Positions 28,848 through 39,861 are shown, counted from the stretch's first letter. The stretch: 64,000 nt of DNA from an uncultured Acidobacteriota bacterium (GCA_963804995.1 CAWDSK010000006.1:1888001-1952000), one strand, 5' to 3'. Notes: generated from the letters alone by a model not told the origin. Numbers and translations: made by a program.

Positions 28848-31800
28848 TTGTATAAGCTAAAAAAACTCGAACTGCTCGGCTTCAAGTCATTCGCAGACCG
28901 CACCCGACTCGAGTTCGCGGACGGCATCGCGGGCGTGGTGGGACCGAATGGCTGCGGAAAGTCCAATCTTTCGGACGCCATCACCTGGGTGCTCGGCGAA
29001 CAGAGCGCGCGCCTGCTGCGTGGCGAGCGCATGGCCGATGTGATCTTCAATGGCACCGGCACGCGCCCCCCCACTGGCATGTCGGAAGTCAGCATGACGC
29101 TCGTCGATCCGGAATATGAAGGGCTGCCGGATGAAGAAGAGGAACTTCCGCAAGAAAGCGACTCTCTCGAAGCAGAGCCCGCGAGCTTCACGCCGGATGC
29201 CTCTGAACCTGGGAACGGAAACGGGAATGGGAATGGCAACGGGACGGGGGCAAAAGCGCGAACCTTCCGCCATCGCGCCGGCGAAATCACCGTAACGCGG
29301 CGGCTCTTTCGCTCCGGGGAGAGTGAGTACCTGATCAACGGCGACGTTTGCCGGTTGCGCGATATTCAGGACCTGTTCATGGGAACCGGCCTCGGCCCGG
29401 AATCCTACGCCATCATTGAGCAAGGCCGCATCGGGCAGATCCTCAGCTCCAAGCCCTCCGATCGCCGTCTGATCCTGGAAGAAGCCGCCGGCGTTTCAAA
29501 ATTCAAGACTCGCAAACGGCTGGCGGAAGCGAAGCTGGAATCGTCACGGCTGAACCTCTCGCGAATCTCTGACATCCTGGAAGAAGTCTCGAAGCAGGTA
29601 AACTCGCTGAAGCGCCAGGCTTCCAAAGCGCGCCGCTACCGGGAACTTCACGACGAACTGCGCGGCCGCTTGAAGACCGTGCTGACTTCACGCCTCAAAG
29701 CGCTGGAAGCGGAATTTCTGCGCCTGCGCGCCGAACTCGCCCAGGTGCAGGAAGAGTGCCTCGCTGCCGCTCAAGAACTCGAAACGATTGAGCAGGAGCA
29801 GAAGACCACAACGCAGCGGTATGAGGAGCTGGAAACCCACCTCACCCAATTGCGCGAGCAGTTAGCGCAGGGCGACCTGGAGCACGAACGATTGCTCTCC
29901 CGCCTGGAACAGGTCAAGCAGCAGACGGCGAACCTGGACACGCGCGGGGAGGAAGCGGCGCGGGAAAGCCTGGAACTCCGCACCCAACTTGCTGCGCTTG
30001 AAGCCCAAACCCTCGAGCGCAACCAGCAGGTGGAGCAGCTCCAGCAGGAGTGGGCCGCGGCGAAAGACTCCCTGGCGGGAATCCTGATGCGCCAGGAGGA
30101 TTTGAACTTCCAGCTCGGCGTGGCTGAGCAGGACGTTGACTCCTGTCGCCAGTCGCTGCTCGAGGCGGTCAGCCATGGGGCGGAGCTTCGCAACCAGATG
30201 GTGCAAGCGGAAGAGGCGGGTTTGGCGCTGGAGCGCCAAACGGCCCGCACCGGTTCTGAGAAGTCCGTCGTGCAGGCTGAGTATCTTCGACTCGCGGAGG
30301 AACTCGAAGCATACATCTCCGATCATCAGCGCGGCGCTACGGCCCTGGCGGAGCTGGTGCAGTCCGTGGCGCGTACCACCCGGGAACTTGAGCAAGCGCG
30401 CAGTGAGGAAGCCTCCTTGCGCTCGCAAGTGGAGGCTCTGCGGCGGGAGTATTCCGGCAGCGTGGCGCGCAAGGAAGCTCTGGAGCAATCCCTGGCGCGT
30501 CATGCCTACAGCACGGAAAGCGTGCGCCGCCTGCTCTCGGGCGAGATTCCCGTTAACGGTCATCACTTCCAACCCCTGGGACTGCTGGCGGATTTTGTGG
30601 AAGTGTCGGCGGGTTACGAGGAAGTGGTGGAGGAATTCCTGAAGCAGGAACTTGAGTGTGTCGTGGTTGAGCAACATGCCGAGGCGCGCTCGGGAATCGC
30701 TTTGCTGCAGAGTTCAGGCACGGGCCGCTCCACCTTTTTTGTCACGCATCTGCCCTCCCATGGACACTCGCACGCGAATGGCGATTCAGGGGTCCGGAGC
30801 GAGCGCGGGGTCGTGGCTGCCGTGCGGGAACTGGTGCGGTTTGAATCCAAGCTGGGCTTGAATGGTGATATCGCTTTGCCGGCCCTCGGCAATGCCTATT
30901 TGGTGGAAGACGATGGGACAGCGGAACGCTTGGCCGGAGCTTATCCTGACTGCCACTTCCTGACCGTGACGGGCGCCCACTATCATCATCGCCTGGTGTC
31001 GGGCGGCAAGGGCTCAAACGCGGGGCCACTGGCGTTACGGCGGGACTTCCGGGAGTTGGAGCGGCGGACGTCGGAATTGGAAGGGCTGATCAAGGCCAAG
31101 GAAATTGCTCTGACGGAAGCCGAAGAGCGCGCCAGGCGGTTGGATGTCGAGCTCAAGGGCCTGGTGAGCAGCGAACTCGAGGCGGAGAAGAAAGCCGTCG
31201 TGGCCGATGAGAAGCTGCGTCAAACCCGCGGGGCCTACGATCGCGCGCAGCGGCAACTGGAGAATCTCCTCGCCGAAGCCAGAGCGCTCGAGCAAGAACA
31301 TGCCCTGGTGGAAGAACGGCAGGCGATCCTGCGCACGGACCTGGAGGCCGCCGGAACCGCCAAGGCACAGGGCGAAGAGGCAATCGCCGCGGCTACGCAG
31401 CGGGCGCGCGAGCTGCGGGCGGCCCTGGACCGGGTGGCGCTGGAAATCGCAGACGCACAGTCCGCGGCGCGCGCCTTGGAAGAGAGAACCCGCGCGGCGG
31501 AAGCAGAGGCCGTAAGACTTCAGGCTGCCCGGGAAGATCTGTGGAACCGCATCGCGCGTCTCGACCAGCAGGCGGAAACCTGGAGGCAGGAGCGCGTGCG
31601 CCTGGCAGAGGAGAGCTCAACAAATCAGCTCCGCCTGGAACAGCTTCAGGTTGAATTGGAGGCCGTCCGCCTCGAACTGCATAGCCGCGCCGAGGAATGC
31701 CGGACGCTCAAAGTCGAGCGGGACACCCTTGGCCCGCGCGTGGATGCGGCGCGGGCGGAGCTGGAGGCACGGCGCGAGAAACGCTCCGAGGCTGAAGTGG

Positions 31801-32597
31801 CGCTGGCGCGCGCGGAATCCGACTACGCGCACCATTCGCAGCAGTGTCGCGACGAATTGAACGCCGACCCCGTGACCTTGCTCGCGGAACTCGCGCCCGA
31901 AGCAGTACTGGCGGGAGAGACGCTGCACCTGGCGGAAGAGGAGATGCGGCAGCTCAAGACGCGGATTGAGAATCTGGGTCCCGTCAACATGATGGCACTG
32001 GAGGAACTGCAAGAGGCTGAAGAGCGACTGAGCTTTCTCGACACCCAGCGTCAGGACCTGCTCACTTCCATCGAGGATACGGCCCAGGCAATCCGGGAAA
32101 TCGATCTGGTCTCCCGCCAGCAGTTCCTGGAGGCGTTTAAAGCCATCAACGGATACTTCGCGGAATCCTTCCGGACTTTGTTCGGGGGCGGGATGGGCGA
32201 GATGCGGCTGGCCGATGAGAACGACGCCGACAGCGGCATCGACATTGCTGCCCAGCCTCCGGGCAAGCGTCTGCAAAACGTACTGTTGCTTTCGGGCGGC
32301 GAAAAAGCCATGGCGGCCCTGGCGCTGCTTATTGCCATCTTCCGTTATACCCCCAGTCCCTTCTGCATCCTCGACGAGGTGGACGCGCCGCTCGATGAGT
32401 CGAACATTGACCGGTTCACGCGCATGATCCAGAACATGAGCCGGCATACCCAGTTCATCCTGATCACTCACAACAAGCGCACCATGGAGATCGCGCAGGT
32501 GCTGTATGGCGTCACCATGGAAGAGCCCGGCGTCTCGAAGCTGGTGTCGGTGCGCTTTGACGCCTTCGCCCCTGAGCCCGTGGCCGTGCCAGCCTGA
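28848..32597 (+). CDS. smc: Chromosome segregation protein SMC
   Basis: GFKSFA, Walker A GPNGCGKSN, long coiled coils with a hinge, LGPVN, LSGGEK signature, Walker B LDEVDAPLD, ITHNK. Confidence 0.97.
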   Translation: MYKLKKLELLGFKSFADRTRLEFADGIAGVVGPNGCGKSNLSDAITWVLGEQSARLLRGERMADVIFNGTGTRPPTGMSEVSMTLVDPEYEGLPDEEEELPQESDSLEAEPASFTPDASEPGNGNGNGNGNGTGAKARTFRHRAGEITVTRRLFRSGESEYLINGDVCRLRDIQDLFMGTGLGPESYAIIEQGRIGQILSSKPSDRRLILEEAAGVSKFKTRKRLAEAKLESSRLNLSRISDILEEVSKQVNSLKRQASKARRYRELHDELRGRLKTVLTSRLKALEAEFLRLRAELAQVQEECLAAAQELETIEQEQKTTTQRYEELETHLTQLREQLAQGDLEHERLLSRLEQVKQQTANLDTRGEEAARESLELRTQLAALEAQTLERNQQVEQLQQEWAAAKDSLAGILMRQEDLNFQLGVAEQDVDSCRQSLLEAVSHGAELRNQMVQAEEAGLALERQTARTGSEKSVVQAEYLRLAEELEAYISDHQRGATALAELVQSVARTTRELEQARSEEASLRSQVEALRREYSGSVARKEALEQSLARHAYSTESVRRLLSGEIPVNGHHFQPLGLLADFVEVSAGYEEVVEEFLKQELECVVVEQHAEARSGIALLQSSGTGRSTFFVTHLPSHGHSHANGDSGVRSERGVVAAVRELVRFESKLGLNGDIALPALGNAYLVEDDGTAERLAGAYPDCHFLTVTGAHYHHRLVSGGKGSNAGPLALRRDFRELERRTSELEGLIKAKEIALTEAEERARRLDVELKGLVSSELEAEKKAVVADEKLRQTRGAYDRAQRQLENLLAEARALEQEHALVEERQAILRTDLEAAGTAKAQGEEAIAAATQRARELRAALDRVALEIADAQSAARALEERTRAAEAEAVRLQAAREDLWNRIARLDQQAETWRQERVRLAEESSTNQLRLEQLQVELEAVRLELHSRAEECRTLKVERDTLGPRVDAARAELEARREKRSEAEVALARAESDYAHHSQQCRDELNADPVTLLAELAPEAVLAGETLHLAEEEMRQLKTRIENLGPVNMMALEELQEAEERLSFLDTQRQDLLTSIEDTAQAIREIDLVSRQQFLEAFKAINGYFAESFRTLFGGGMGEMRLADENDADSGIDIAAQPPGKRLQNVLLLSGGEKAMAALALLIAIFRYTPSPFCILDEVDAPLDESNIDRFTRMIQNMSRHTQFILITHNKRTMEIAQVLYGVTMEEPGVSKLVSVRFDAFAPEPVAVPA

Positions 32598-32850
32598 GTG
32601 AGCGGCAGGCGCCCTCGCATTTCCCCTGCACTGTTTTGCAGCACGCTGTCCGGGCCGCATATTAGCCCGGACCGCTCACCTTTAGAAGGGCGCCAGTAGA
32701 AAGCGTCAAATCAGCCGCTCTGCACCATTTTGCAGCACACGATTGGAACCACATTTCATGCGGCTCCGGTGGCATCCAAGGGTTGTGCGGCTAGTTGCCT
32801 CTTACCCCGTACTTAGTGGGCGGGTTGCAGAATCCTCGCACACTTTTCCG

Positions 32851-32878
32851 TTGACAACTTTTTTGGTTGCTTTAGAAT
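32851..32878 (+). promoter_or_regulatory. Putative sigma70 promoter of purC
   Basis: TTGACA-16 nt-TAGAAT ending 23 nt upstream of the ATG. Confidence 0.6.
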
Positions 32879-32901
32879 GTCGGTTGCTCTGAACCAACAA
32901 A

Positions 32902-33804
32902 ATGCAATCAACAAAACCGCCTGTACTTCTGGAAACTAATCTGTCCGGGATCAAGCTCTTTTCGCGGGGCAAGGTCCGGGATGTCTACGAACTCGGCGAC
33001 AAGCTGCTGGTTGTCGCCACGGACCGCCTTTCCGCCTTCGATGTCGTAATGCGCGAGGGAATCCCTGACAAGGGCCGCGTGCTGACGCAGCTTTCTTGCT
33101 TCTGGTTTGATTTCATCAAAGAGTGGATTCCCCACCATTTCATCACGGCCCGGCTGGCTGACTATCCTGCGGGGCTGCACGCCTTCGCGGACCAACTGGA
33201 AGGCCGCTCGATGCTGGTGGAGAAGGCGGAGCCCTTCCCCATTGAGTGCGTGGTGCGGGGATATCTGGCCGGGTCAGGCCTGAAGGAATACCGGGCCACG
33301 GGAAAAGTGTGTGGCATCAAGCTCCCGGCGGGATTGCAGGAATCTTCGCGGCTGGAAAACCCCATCTTCACTCCCTCCACCAAAGCGCAGGTGGGCCACG
33401 ACGAGAACATCACCTGGGAAGACATGGTCTCGCGCATCGGAAGCGAGGCTGCTGGAAAGCTGCGGGAGCTCAGTTTGGGACTTTACACCCGAGCGCGGGA
33501 ATTTGCCGAGGGCCGTGGCATCCTGATTGCTGATACCAAGTTTGAGTGGGGAATCCAAGGCGGCCGCATCATCCTGATCGATGAGGTGCTGACCCCTGAC
33601 TCCTCGCGATTCTGGCCGCAAAAGGATTACGCGCCCGGCCGACCCCAACCTTCGTTCGACAAGCAATTCGTGCGCGATTACCTGGAGTCTCTCCACTGGA
33701 ATAAACAGCCTCCGCCACCGCCCCTGCCGCCGGAGGTAGTGGGGAGAACCAGTGAGAAGTACCGGGAAGCTTATCGGTTGCTGACGGGACGTTCCCTCAA
33801 CTGA
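32902..33804 (+). CDS. purC: SAICAR synthase
   Basis: [57 protein letters not shown]. Confidence 0.98.
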   Translation: MQSTKPPVLLETNLSGIKLFSRGKVRDVYELGDKLLVVATDRLSAFDVVMREGIPDKGRVLTQLSCFWFDFIKEWIPHHFITARLADYPAGLHAFADQLEGRSMLVEKAEPFPIECVVRGYLAGSGLKEYRATGKVCGIKLPAGLQESSRLENPIFTPSTKAQVGHDENITWEDMVSRIGSEAAGKLRELSLGLYTRAREFAEGRGILIADTKFEWGIQGGRIILIDEVLTPDSSRFWPQKDYAPGRPQPSFDKQFVRDYLESLHWNKQPPPPPLPPEVVGRTSEKYREAYRLLTGRSLN

Positions 33805-33834
33805 GGTAAGACCGCCGCAGTTTGCGAAAGCATC

Positions 33835-34386
33835 ATGGCCACGTGGAATTGGTTGGACTGGATTTTCACCGCGATTGTTCTGATTTCCGTGGTCGCGGCC
33901 GCGATGAAGGGGTTCGTCCAGGAGTTGATTTCGCTGGCCTCCGTTGTAGTAGGACTGGTGGTGGCTGCGATCGGGTACCCCCGGGCGGCGCTTTGGTTCG
34001 ACGATCTGACCAAATCGCACCAGGTCGCCCTGGGGATGGGGTTCCTGGTCCTATTTCTGGGCACGCTGATCGTGGGTGCGCTCATCGGCGTGCTGGCCCG
34101 GAAGCTGATCAAGACCGCTGGGTTACAAGGGTTCGATCGCTTCCTGGGTGCAATCTTTGGCTTGGTGCGTGGCGTGCTCGTCGACTCCATTTTGATCTTG
34201 GTGCTCGTGGCCTTCGCCATCAAGCCGGAAGCGGTGCGTGAATCGGCCCTGGCGCCTTATGTGACCACCGGGACGCGGGTCATCGTGTTGGTCATGCCAG
34301 AGAACTTGAAAGCGCAGTTCCAACTGGGTTTCGAGAAGTTTCGCGAAGCGATTATCCAGAGCGACAAGCACGCGACAAAGAACTAA
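33835..34386 (+). CDS. cvpA: CvpA (colicin V production) family membrane protein
   Basis: N.LD...KGFV.E..SL and DR.LG.IFG..RG motifs; purine-operon context. Confidence 0.9.
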   Translation: MATWNWLDWIFTAIVLISVVAAAMKGFVQELISLASVVVGLVVAAIGYPRAALWFDDLTKSHQVALGMGFLVLFLGTLIVGALIGVLARKLIKTAGLQGFDRFLGAIFGLVRGVLVDSILILVLVAFAIKPEAVRESALAPYVTTGTRVIVLVMPENLKAQFQLGFEKFREAIIQSDKHATKN

Positions 34387-34426
34387 TCCGTGGACGACAG
34401 AAATTCTTGCTGACCGGAGCGCTGCC

Positions 34427-34660
34427 GTGAAAGATCAACTTGAATCCCTGGTCAACCAGATGATTGAGCACGGCATTCTTTTCACCGATGCAGTTTCGGA
34501 ATTTGAAAAGCGCTTCATCAAGCGGATGCTGGACAAGAATAATGGCAATCACTCCAGAACCGCCATGGCGCTGGGCATTCACCGTAACACTTTAAGCCGC
34601 AAGGTGGATGACCTGGATCTTGACCATCGTCCGAAACGGCGCCGGCGCAACTCTCGCTGA
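34427..34660 (+). CDS. Stand-alone Fis-type HTH protein
   Basis: FEKRFI...L....GN.S.TA..LGIHRNTL.RK Fis HTH; 77 aa; GGAG RBS before GTG. Confidence 0.85.
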   Translation: MKDQLESLVNQMIEHGILFTDAVSEFEKRFIKRMLDKNNGNHSRTAMALGIHRNTLSRKVDDLDLDHRPKRRRRNSR

Positions 34661-34974
34661 ACGAAATTCCCCATGGGGACGGTTTTAAGCTGCTCCGATA
34701 GGTCCCCCTGCGCATGCCGAACCTCATCCTGAAGATTAGCGACCCGCTGCATTCCTCCGACTGATAACTTGGTATGGATTCCCTACCCGATAGAGCCATG
34801 TCCCTTGAGCGGTCGGAAGGGCGGATATTTCGACACGCGTCCGGGTAGCTCCATGGCTCGTGAATTAAGTGGGGGGGTCACGGTGGGAAAGCAGAAGCAG
34901 GGTCGCCGCGCTCGTCGCGGCTCCCTGCCTCTGCAAGAGGAAGCGTCCAATCCCATCAGCCCTTCTACGCCCGG

Positions 34975-36342
34975 TCAGTTGCTTGCCGTCTTCTTCTTCG
35001 TCGTCGTGGATTTTTTGACCGGAGGCTTGGGCTTGGTTTTGGGCTGGTCGGGGACGTCCTCCGGGTTGAGGGTCCCTTCGATACTCAGCACCAGACTGGG
35101 TGTCGCCGTGTACGCCGTGATGGTTCCCTTGAAGCGAACAACATCACCCGGGCTCAGGTTTTTCACGTTGGGCTGCGTCGTGTCTTTCAGCTCGATGTCG
35201 TACGTGCCCGGCTGCGCCTTCGACTGTTCAAGGATATCGATGCGCACGGAATACTCGCCGGCGCCGCCGGTGCCCTTCTCCACGCTGTCCACAAAGCCCC
35301 CAAGCTCAAGCGGCTGGCCCTTCAGCGCATCCCATTGCTTCTGCGCTTTCTCACCACCCAGTTTCAGCGGGAACGTGATCGTGTTGAAAGCGTCAATGTT
35401 TCCGTTACCCGTGGCCTTGGGAACTTCCATCGGCGCCACCTTGAAGCCGTCCGGCGGATTCACGGCGCTGGCCGTCTGCGTGATGATGTCCTGCAACCCT
35501 TGATCGTTACCGTGGTAGTTGACATAGGCACGCTTCAGGAACTTATTGATATCATCGCCGGCGGGATTCTTGGAAGCCTGGGCCAGGGCTACGGCGCGGG
35601 CAATGTACCAAAGCGCGTGGTCGGAATCAGGCGGCGTGGAATATAGATACGCCAACCCCTCCCGATAAAACGTATAGACATCACTGGGATTATCTTCGGA
35701 GGCCGCTTTAAGAGCCGTAATCGCGCCCGGATAATCCTTGCGCTGCAGGGCTGCAAACCCAATCGCATTGTTGAACACGGCGCGCTTGGGTTTTACATAT
35801 TGAGTGAATTGTTCATCCGTAACGTTGGCAGGTTTCTGAAGCTTTTGGAGCACATCCAACCCGTGGTGCGCATCGCTGTCCGCGCGGGAGAGCTTGGAGG
35901 TGGCGTCCGGATCGTCCGCCTTGAAGGTAAACGGAAATACAAAGCTCAGGAAAGCCAATGCATCCAGGTTGTCGGGGTCGGTTTCGAGCACCTTCTTTCC
36001 AGCCTCAACGGCTTGGTCGCTCTTACCAAGCTGGAAATAGGTCTCCATCTCGGCGATATAAGCGAGCGACTTGAAATCGGAATTGGCGTACTTTTGAAGG
36101 AACGCCTCTGCCAGGGAAATCTTCTTATTCAAATCCTTTTCGGTCGCCATAGCATTGAAGGCGTCGTACTCATCCCGGCTCTTCCACTGCGGCTGCTTTG
36201 CCGCCTGGGGAGGCGCTTGCATGTGGCGCGCAGGGATCAGCCCAAGCGAACGGGCGGAGCGGCTCGCACTCCCTGCTCCAGCAGCGCCGGCCGAAAAACT
36301 GACCAGCAAGGTGATAGTCCATAGTGCAGTCAATGTCTTCAT
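34975..36342 (-). CDS. Secreted TPR-containing protein
   Basis: GAGG RBS, signal peptide MKTLTALW..., helical TPR-like repeats, C-terminal beta-rich domain and Lys-rich tail. Confidence 0.8.
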   Translation of the reverse strand: MKTLTALWTITLLVSFSAGAAGAGSASRSARSLGLIPARHMQAPPQAAKQPQWKSRDEYDAFNAMATEKDLNKKISLAEAFLQKYANSDFKSLAYIAEMETYFQLGKSDQAVEAGKKVLETDPDNLDALAFLSFVFPFTFKADDPDATSKLSRADSDAHHGLDVLQKLQKPANVTDEQFTQYVKPKRAVFNNAIGFAALQRKDYPGAITALKAASEDNPSDVYTFYREGLAYLYSTPPDSDHALWYIARAVALAQASKNPAGDDINKFLKRAYVNYHGNDQGLQDIITQTASAVNPPDGFKVAPMEVPKATGNGNIDAFNTITFPLKLGGEKAQKQWDALKGQPLELGGFVDSVEKGTGGAGEYSVRIDILEQSKAQPGTYDIELKDTTQPNVKNLSPGDVVRFKGTITAYTATPSLVLSIEGTLNPEDVPDQPKTKPKPPVKKSTTTKKKTASN

Positions 36343-36772
36343 TGGACAGCTACCTCGATCTTGGAATTGTGATTCGTAGGAGACCCGGGCACACCTGCTG
36401 TTGAACCCGTCAAAGGTCCTGGTGACCTCGGCGCGTACAAGTTTCCTCTTAGACGACTTACAAACCTCAGGATGACGCATTCCAAAGGATGACGCATTCC
36501 AAATACCAAGTCTTGAAGGACTTTTCAAGTAAAATCTCACTTAACCTGCCTTCCGGCTCTCTTTTTCTTCTCGCCCTGGTTTGGATGCAGAAGCGCCAGG
36601 GTGCGGCAACGCTCCGATTCCCGTGCTGGGCCTGCACCTGAATCTCTCCCTCTGAGGTTTCAAACCGGTACGTCGTGCAGAGATAATACCATATCCACGC
36701 AGGCGGGGTTGGGAGTACCACTTGCGGTCGGACTTGCGACTTGCAGCCCATCCCCCCTAAAATCACCTCAGA

Positions 36773-37585
36773 ATGGTGGAGCCTTCCCATCGTCAACTTC
36801 TCCAGCAGCGTGCTGAGATGGCCGCGGCGGCCTCCTCGCGTGCGGACATCGAGCGCTTCTTCACGGAAACCGCGAAAGAAGTTCTCCTCGCCCTGGCTGG
36901 CAATCCCCATCTTCAGGAGCGTGACCTGCTTCGCCTCTTGGAACGCAAAGACCTGCCGCAGGAGGTCGTCCGAGAAATCTCCACCCACCGCGAGGCAAAG
37001 CGCAATTATGCAGTCCAGTTTGCACTCGTGCGGCACCCCAGGGCCTCGCGCCTGGTGTCACTCCCCATCCTGAAGTTCCTCTATATTTTCGATCTTTTAC
37101 GCGTCGCTCAGACTCCCGCCGTCCCTGCCGACATCAAGATGGTCGCCGAGGAGACGATCCTAAAAAAACTTGAGGGCATGCCGCGTGGGGAAAGAATCTC
37201 TTTAGCCCGCCGGGGTACCGGCCGCCTGGCTGCCAGCCTCGTAGTCAACCCCGACCCGGAACTGATCGGCGCAGCCCTCGACAACCCCTACCTGACGGAG
37301 GGCCTCTTGCTTAAGGTTCTCACCCGCGAAAACCTTCCTCCTGCCGTGGTAGAACGAATGGCGCAGCACCAACGTTGGGGCCACCATTATTATCTGCGCC
37401 TTGCCCTCATCCGCAACCCGCTCACGCCCTTCGCGCGCGTGCTTGCCTTCCTCCCGGACATGGCGGTCTCCGACCTGCGCGACATTTGCCTTGATCACCG
37501 TATGCCTGAGGCGGTGCGCAAGTACGTTCTGGCCCATTGTGCTGCCCGCCTCAGCAAGCAACGTGGCGTCCCGCCGCGGGGATAA
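36773..37585 (+). CDS. Conserved hypothetical alpha-helical repeat protein
   Basis: Repeated AL..NP motifs (HEAT/LRV-like); 270 aa. Confidence 0.75.
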   Translation: MVEPSHRQLLQQRAEMAAAASSRADIERFFTETAKEVLLALAGNPHLQERDLLRLLERKDLPQEVVREISTHREAKRNYAVQFALVRHPRASRLVSLPILKFLYIFDLLRVAQTPAVPADIKMVAEETILKKLEGMPRGERISLARRGTGRLAASLVVNPDPELIGAALDNPYLTEGLLLKVLTRENLPPAVVERMAQHQRWGHHYYLRLALIRNPLTPFARVLAFLPDMAVSDLRDICLDHRMPEAVRKYVLAHCAARLSKQRGVPPRG

Positions 37586-38059
37586 GCGGTCTGACCAGTT
37601 CCATCCGTGCCCCCCCGCTTTAAGCTGAGTTCCTCCTGACCCTAAAGTTGCCGCTCCTCTGACCACCACTGACAACTTCCAGACCCATTTCGTTCCTTTT
37701 TTTCACCAACCGCGCACACTCTCGCCGCTCTCCCGCGGACACGGCGTGACAGGTCTGGCCGCGTGAGGGGTCTTGTCGCGGCGGCGCGCCCATCCCAACA
37801 CACCTTCATCCCAATCCTGTCTTCCGCTCGCCGTCTCCCCTGCTACCCCTCACTCATTATTCCCACAGCTACCAATTCCTTCCGAAGCGCGTTAAGATAA
37901 GCGCGCGCTGCGGGCACTTGGAAAGGCCCCCGAGGGCAGACCCTGCGTCGCCCGCTGCCACCGTGAGCGGTGGTGGCTTGACGGTGGTTCTTCCCGTCCT
38001 GGCAACGACACTATCGGAGGCTGTCGCGAAGGCGGATTCCTGCCTCTCGAGGAGGAGCC

Positions 38060-38401
38060 ATGCAATTCAATCGATTGAGAAAGTTTTTCGCCGGGCCCTC
38101 GCCGCACCTGAGTCGCGAAGAGGCCATGAAGATTTTTAAGCGGGATCATTTCAAATGCTATTACTGTGGCCTCGACGGGCTGCACCGATTCGAGAACTGG
38201 CTGGTCCTCACCGTCGATCACGTTCATCCACACGCCAAGGGCGGAACCCGCCACATGGATAATCTTGTCACCGCCTGCCAGCCCTGCAACCTCATCAAGG
38301 GGAAGCGGGTCTTCAAGTCCCTCCAGGAAGCGAAGGAGTTTGTAGTCACCAGGCGCGAGGAGTGGCGGCAAGTCTTCCAAGAGCAAGTCAAGGCAGCTTA
38401 G
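38060..38401 (+). CDS. HNH endonuclease (McrA-like)
   Basis: RD.FKCYYCG...LTVDHV.P..KGG....NLVTAC..CN..KG; strong GGAGG RBS. Confidence 0.9.
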   Translation: MQFNRLRKFFAGPSPHLSREEAMKIFKRDHFKCYYCGLDGLHRFENWLVLTVDHVHPHAKGGTRHMDNLVTACQPCNLIKGKRVFKSLQEAKEFVVTRREEWRQVFQEQVKAA

Positions 38402-38607
38402 CGCATGGGCCAGCCCGGTTTCAGGGTAAGGAATATGATCCTGTGGTGTGAAGGGCTGACGGAAATTTGGCTCGTGGACGTTCCTCAGGATCGCTGGCCT
38501 GCGGGGCAGGCGCTGGGTGGACATCTCGGGTCGAAAGGCATTGGGGCAATTCCCACCGGAGAGATGAGAGATTGAACTCTCCCTACCGATTCCCTCAACC
38601 CCTCCGG

Positions 38608-39663
38608 ATGGCGCCTACCCGATGGCCGGGCGCCGGTGGGCTGACTCCTAACGAATCGCTCTCTGTTGCTTGGGAGGAAACACTCCGCCTCCTTTTCCGC
38701 CCTTTCCAGAGGCAACGCTGGGTCAAGCTGAGTGCCGTGTGCCTGTTGTTGGGTGGAGGTACAACCACCGCGGCGTTTCAGTGGAGTTTCAGTACCCTGC
38801 CCGTTGACGTTACTTCCACGGCGGCTTTCCTCCGCCTACGCCTCATCTTGGCCCAACATTTCAGTTTGATGGTCCTGGCAGTAACCTTCACCCTGCTCTT
38901 CGCGCTGGCTCTTATCTACGTGCGTTGCGTATTCCGTTTCGTGCTGGTCGAAGCGGTAATCAAGCAGGAGGTAGCGGTCGGCCCGGCTTGGAGGAACCTT
39001 CAACCCCTCGGCCGCGCCTATTTTTTTTGGTCGCTGGGAGTGCTGGGCACGGCGTTTGTACTGGTGACAGGTGTTGTGGTTGGCTCGTTTCCTTACCTGA
39101 GCCCATCTCGCTTGCCCGGCTCCCCCCCCTGGGTTTCCTCGCTGCTGCAGGTGGTGGTCTTAACGGTCGTCGCTTTGGCAGGCTCGCTGGTGGCCGTCAC
39201 CCTCACGCTTACGGACGATTGGGTCGTCCCACTGGTTTATGCAGAGAGGATCTCCTTTCCTTCGGCCTGGAGAAAAGCCTGGCAATTGGCGCGGCGCGAT
39301 TCGGGAACTTTCCTCTACTACCTGGGGTGGCGGTTGGTGGTATCGATCGGCATCGGCGTAGCCGTGTTGTTCTTTCTTTTTCCAGTTCTGACCGGTCTGT
39401 CGTCCGGAGCCATGGTGGTTGTGGCGCTCGTTATTCTGGGACTTCGTCTGGCAGGGCTTGCCTGGGTGTGGAATCCGGCAACGATCCTTCTGGCTGCCGT
39501 CGCCTTGCTGCTGATCACCGGGTTGCTGTTCATCCTGCTCAGCGTGGCAGGTATGCCGGGCCAGGTTTTCTTACAGAATTACGGGGTACGATTTATCGCT
39601 TCACGCTCAACGTCCCTGGAAGGTCTTTGCCGCGCTTCCGCCGCCTCGAGCCGGCGGCGGTAA
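38608..39663 (+). CDS. Multi-pass membrane protein of unknown function
   Basis: About 6-7 hydrophobic helices; start uncertain. Confidence 0.7.
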   Translation: MAPTRWPGAGGLTPNESLSVAWEETLRLLFRPFQRQRWVKLSAVCLLLGGGTTTAAFQWSFSTLPVDVTSTAAFLRLRLILAQHFSLMVLAVTFTLLFALALIYVRCVFRFVLVEAVIKQEVAVGPAWRNLQPLGRAYFFWSLGVLGTAFVLVTGVVVGSFPYLSPSRLPGSPPWVSSLLQVVVLTVVALAGSLVAVTLTLTDDWVVPLVYAERISFPSAWRKAWQLARRDSGTFLYYLGWRLVVSIGIGVAVLFFLFPVLTGLSSGAMVVVALVILGLRLAGLAWVWNPATILLAAVALLLITGLLFILLSVAGMPGQVFLQNYGVRFIASRSTSLEGLCRASAASSRRR

Positions 39664-39861
39664 CTCCTATGGCCTGGCCCATCGAAATTGTGAGGATGTA
39701 CGGCGGAGACCCTTGCGGCAATTCCCTCACCCTGCATCCGCCTTCGCACCCTTCTCTTCCGGCCGCACGTACCCCTCCGTCGCCAGCCGGTGCCCTGACA
39801 TCTGATAGCCCGGCTCAGGCAGGGTCGGACTTGAGCGGCGAGTAATGGTAGAATTCTGGAG

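Noticed and set aside
37892..38050. Possible cobalamin riboswitch upstream of the HNH gene
   Set aside because: There is only a partial GCCACCGT-like match; the GGGAA and B12-box elements are missing and the context is unrelated.
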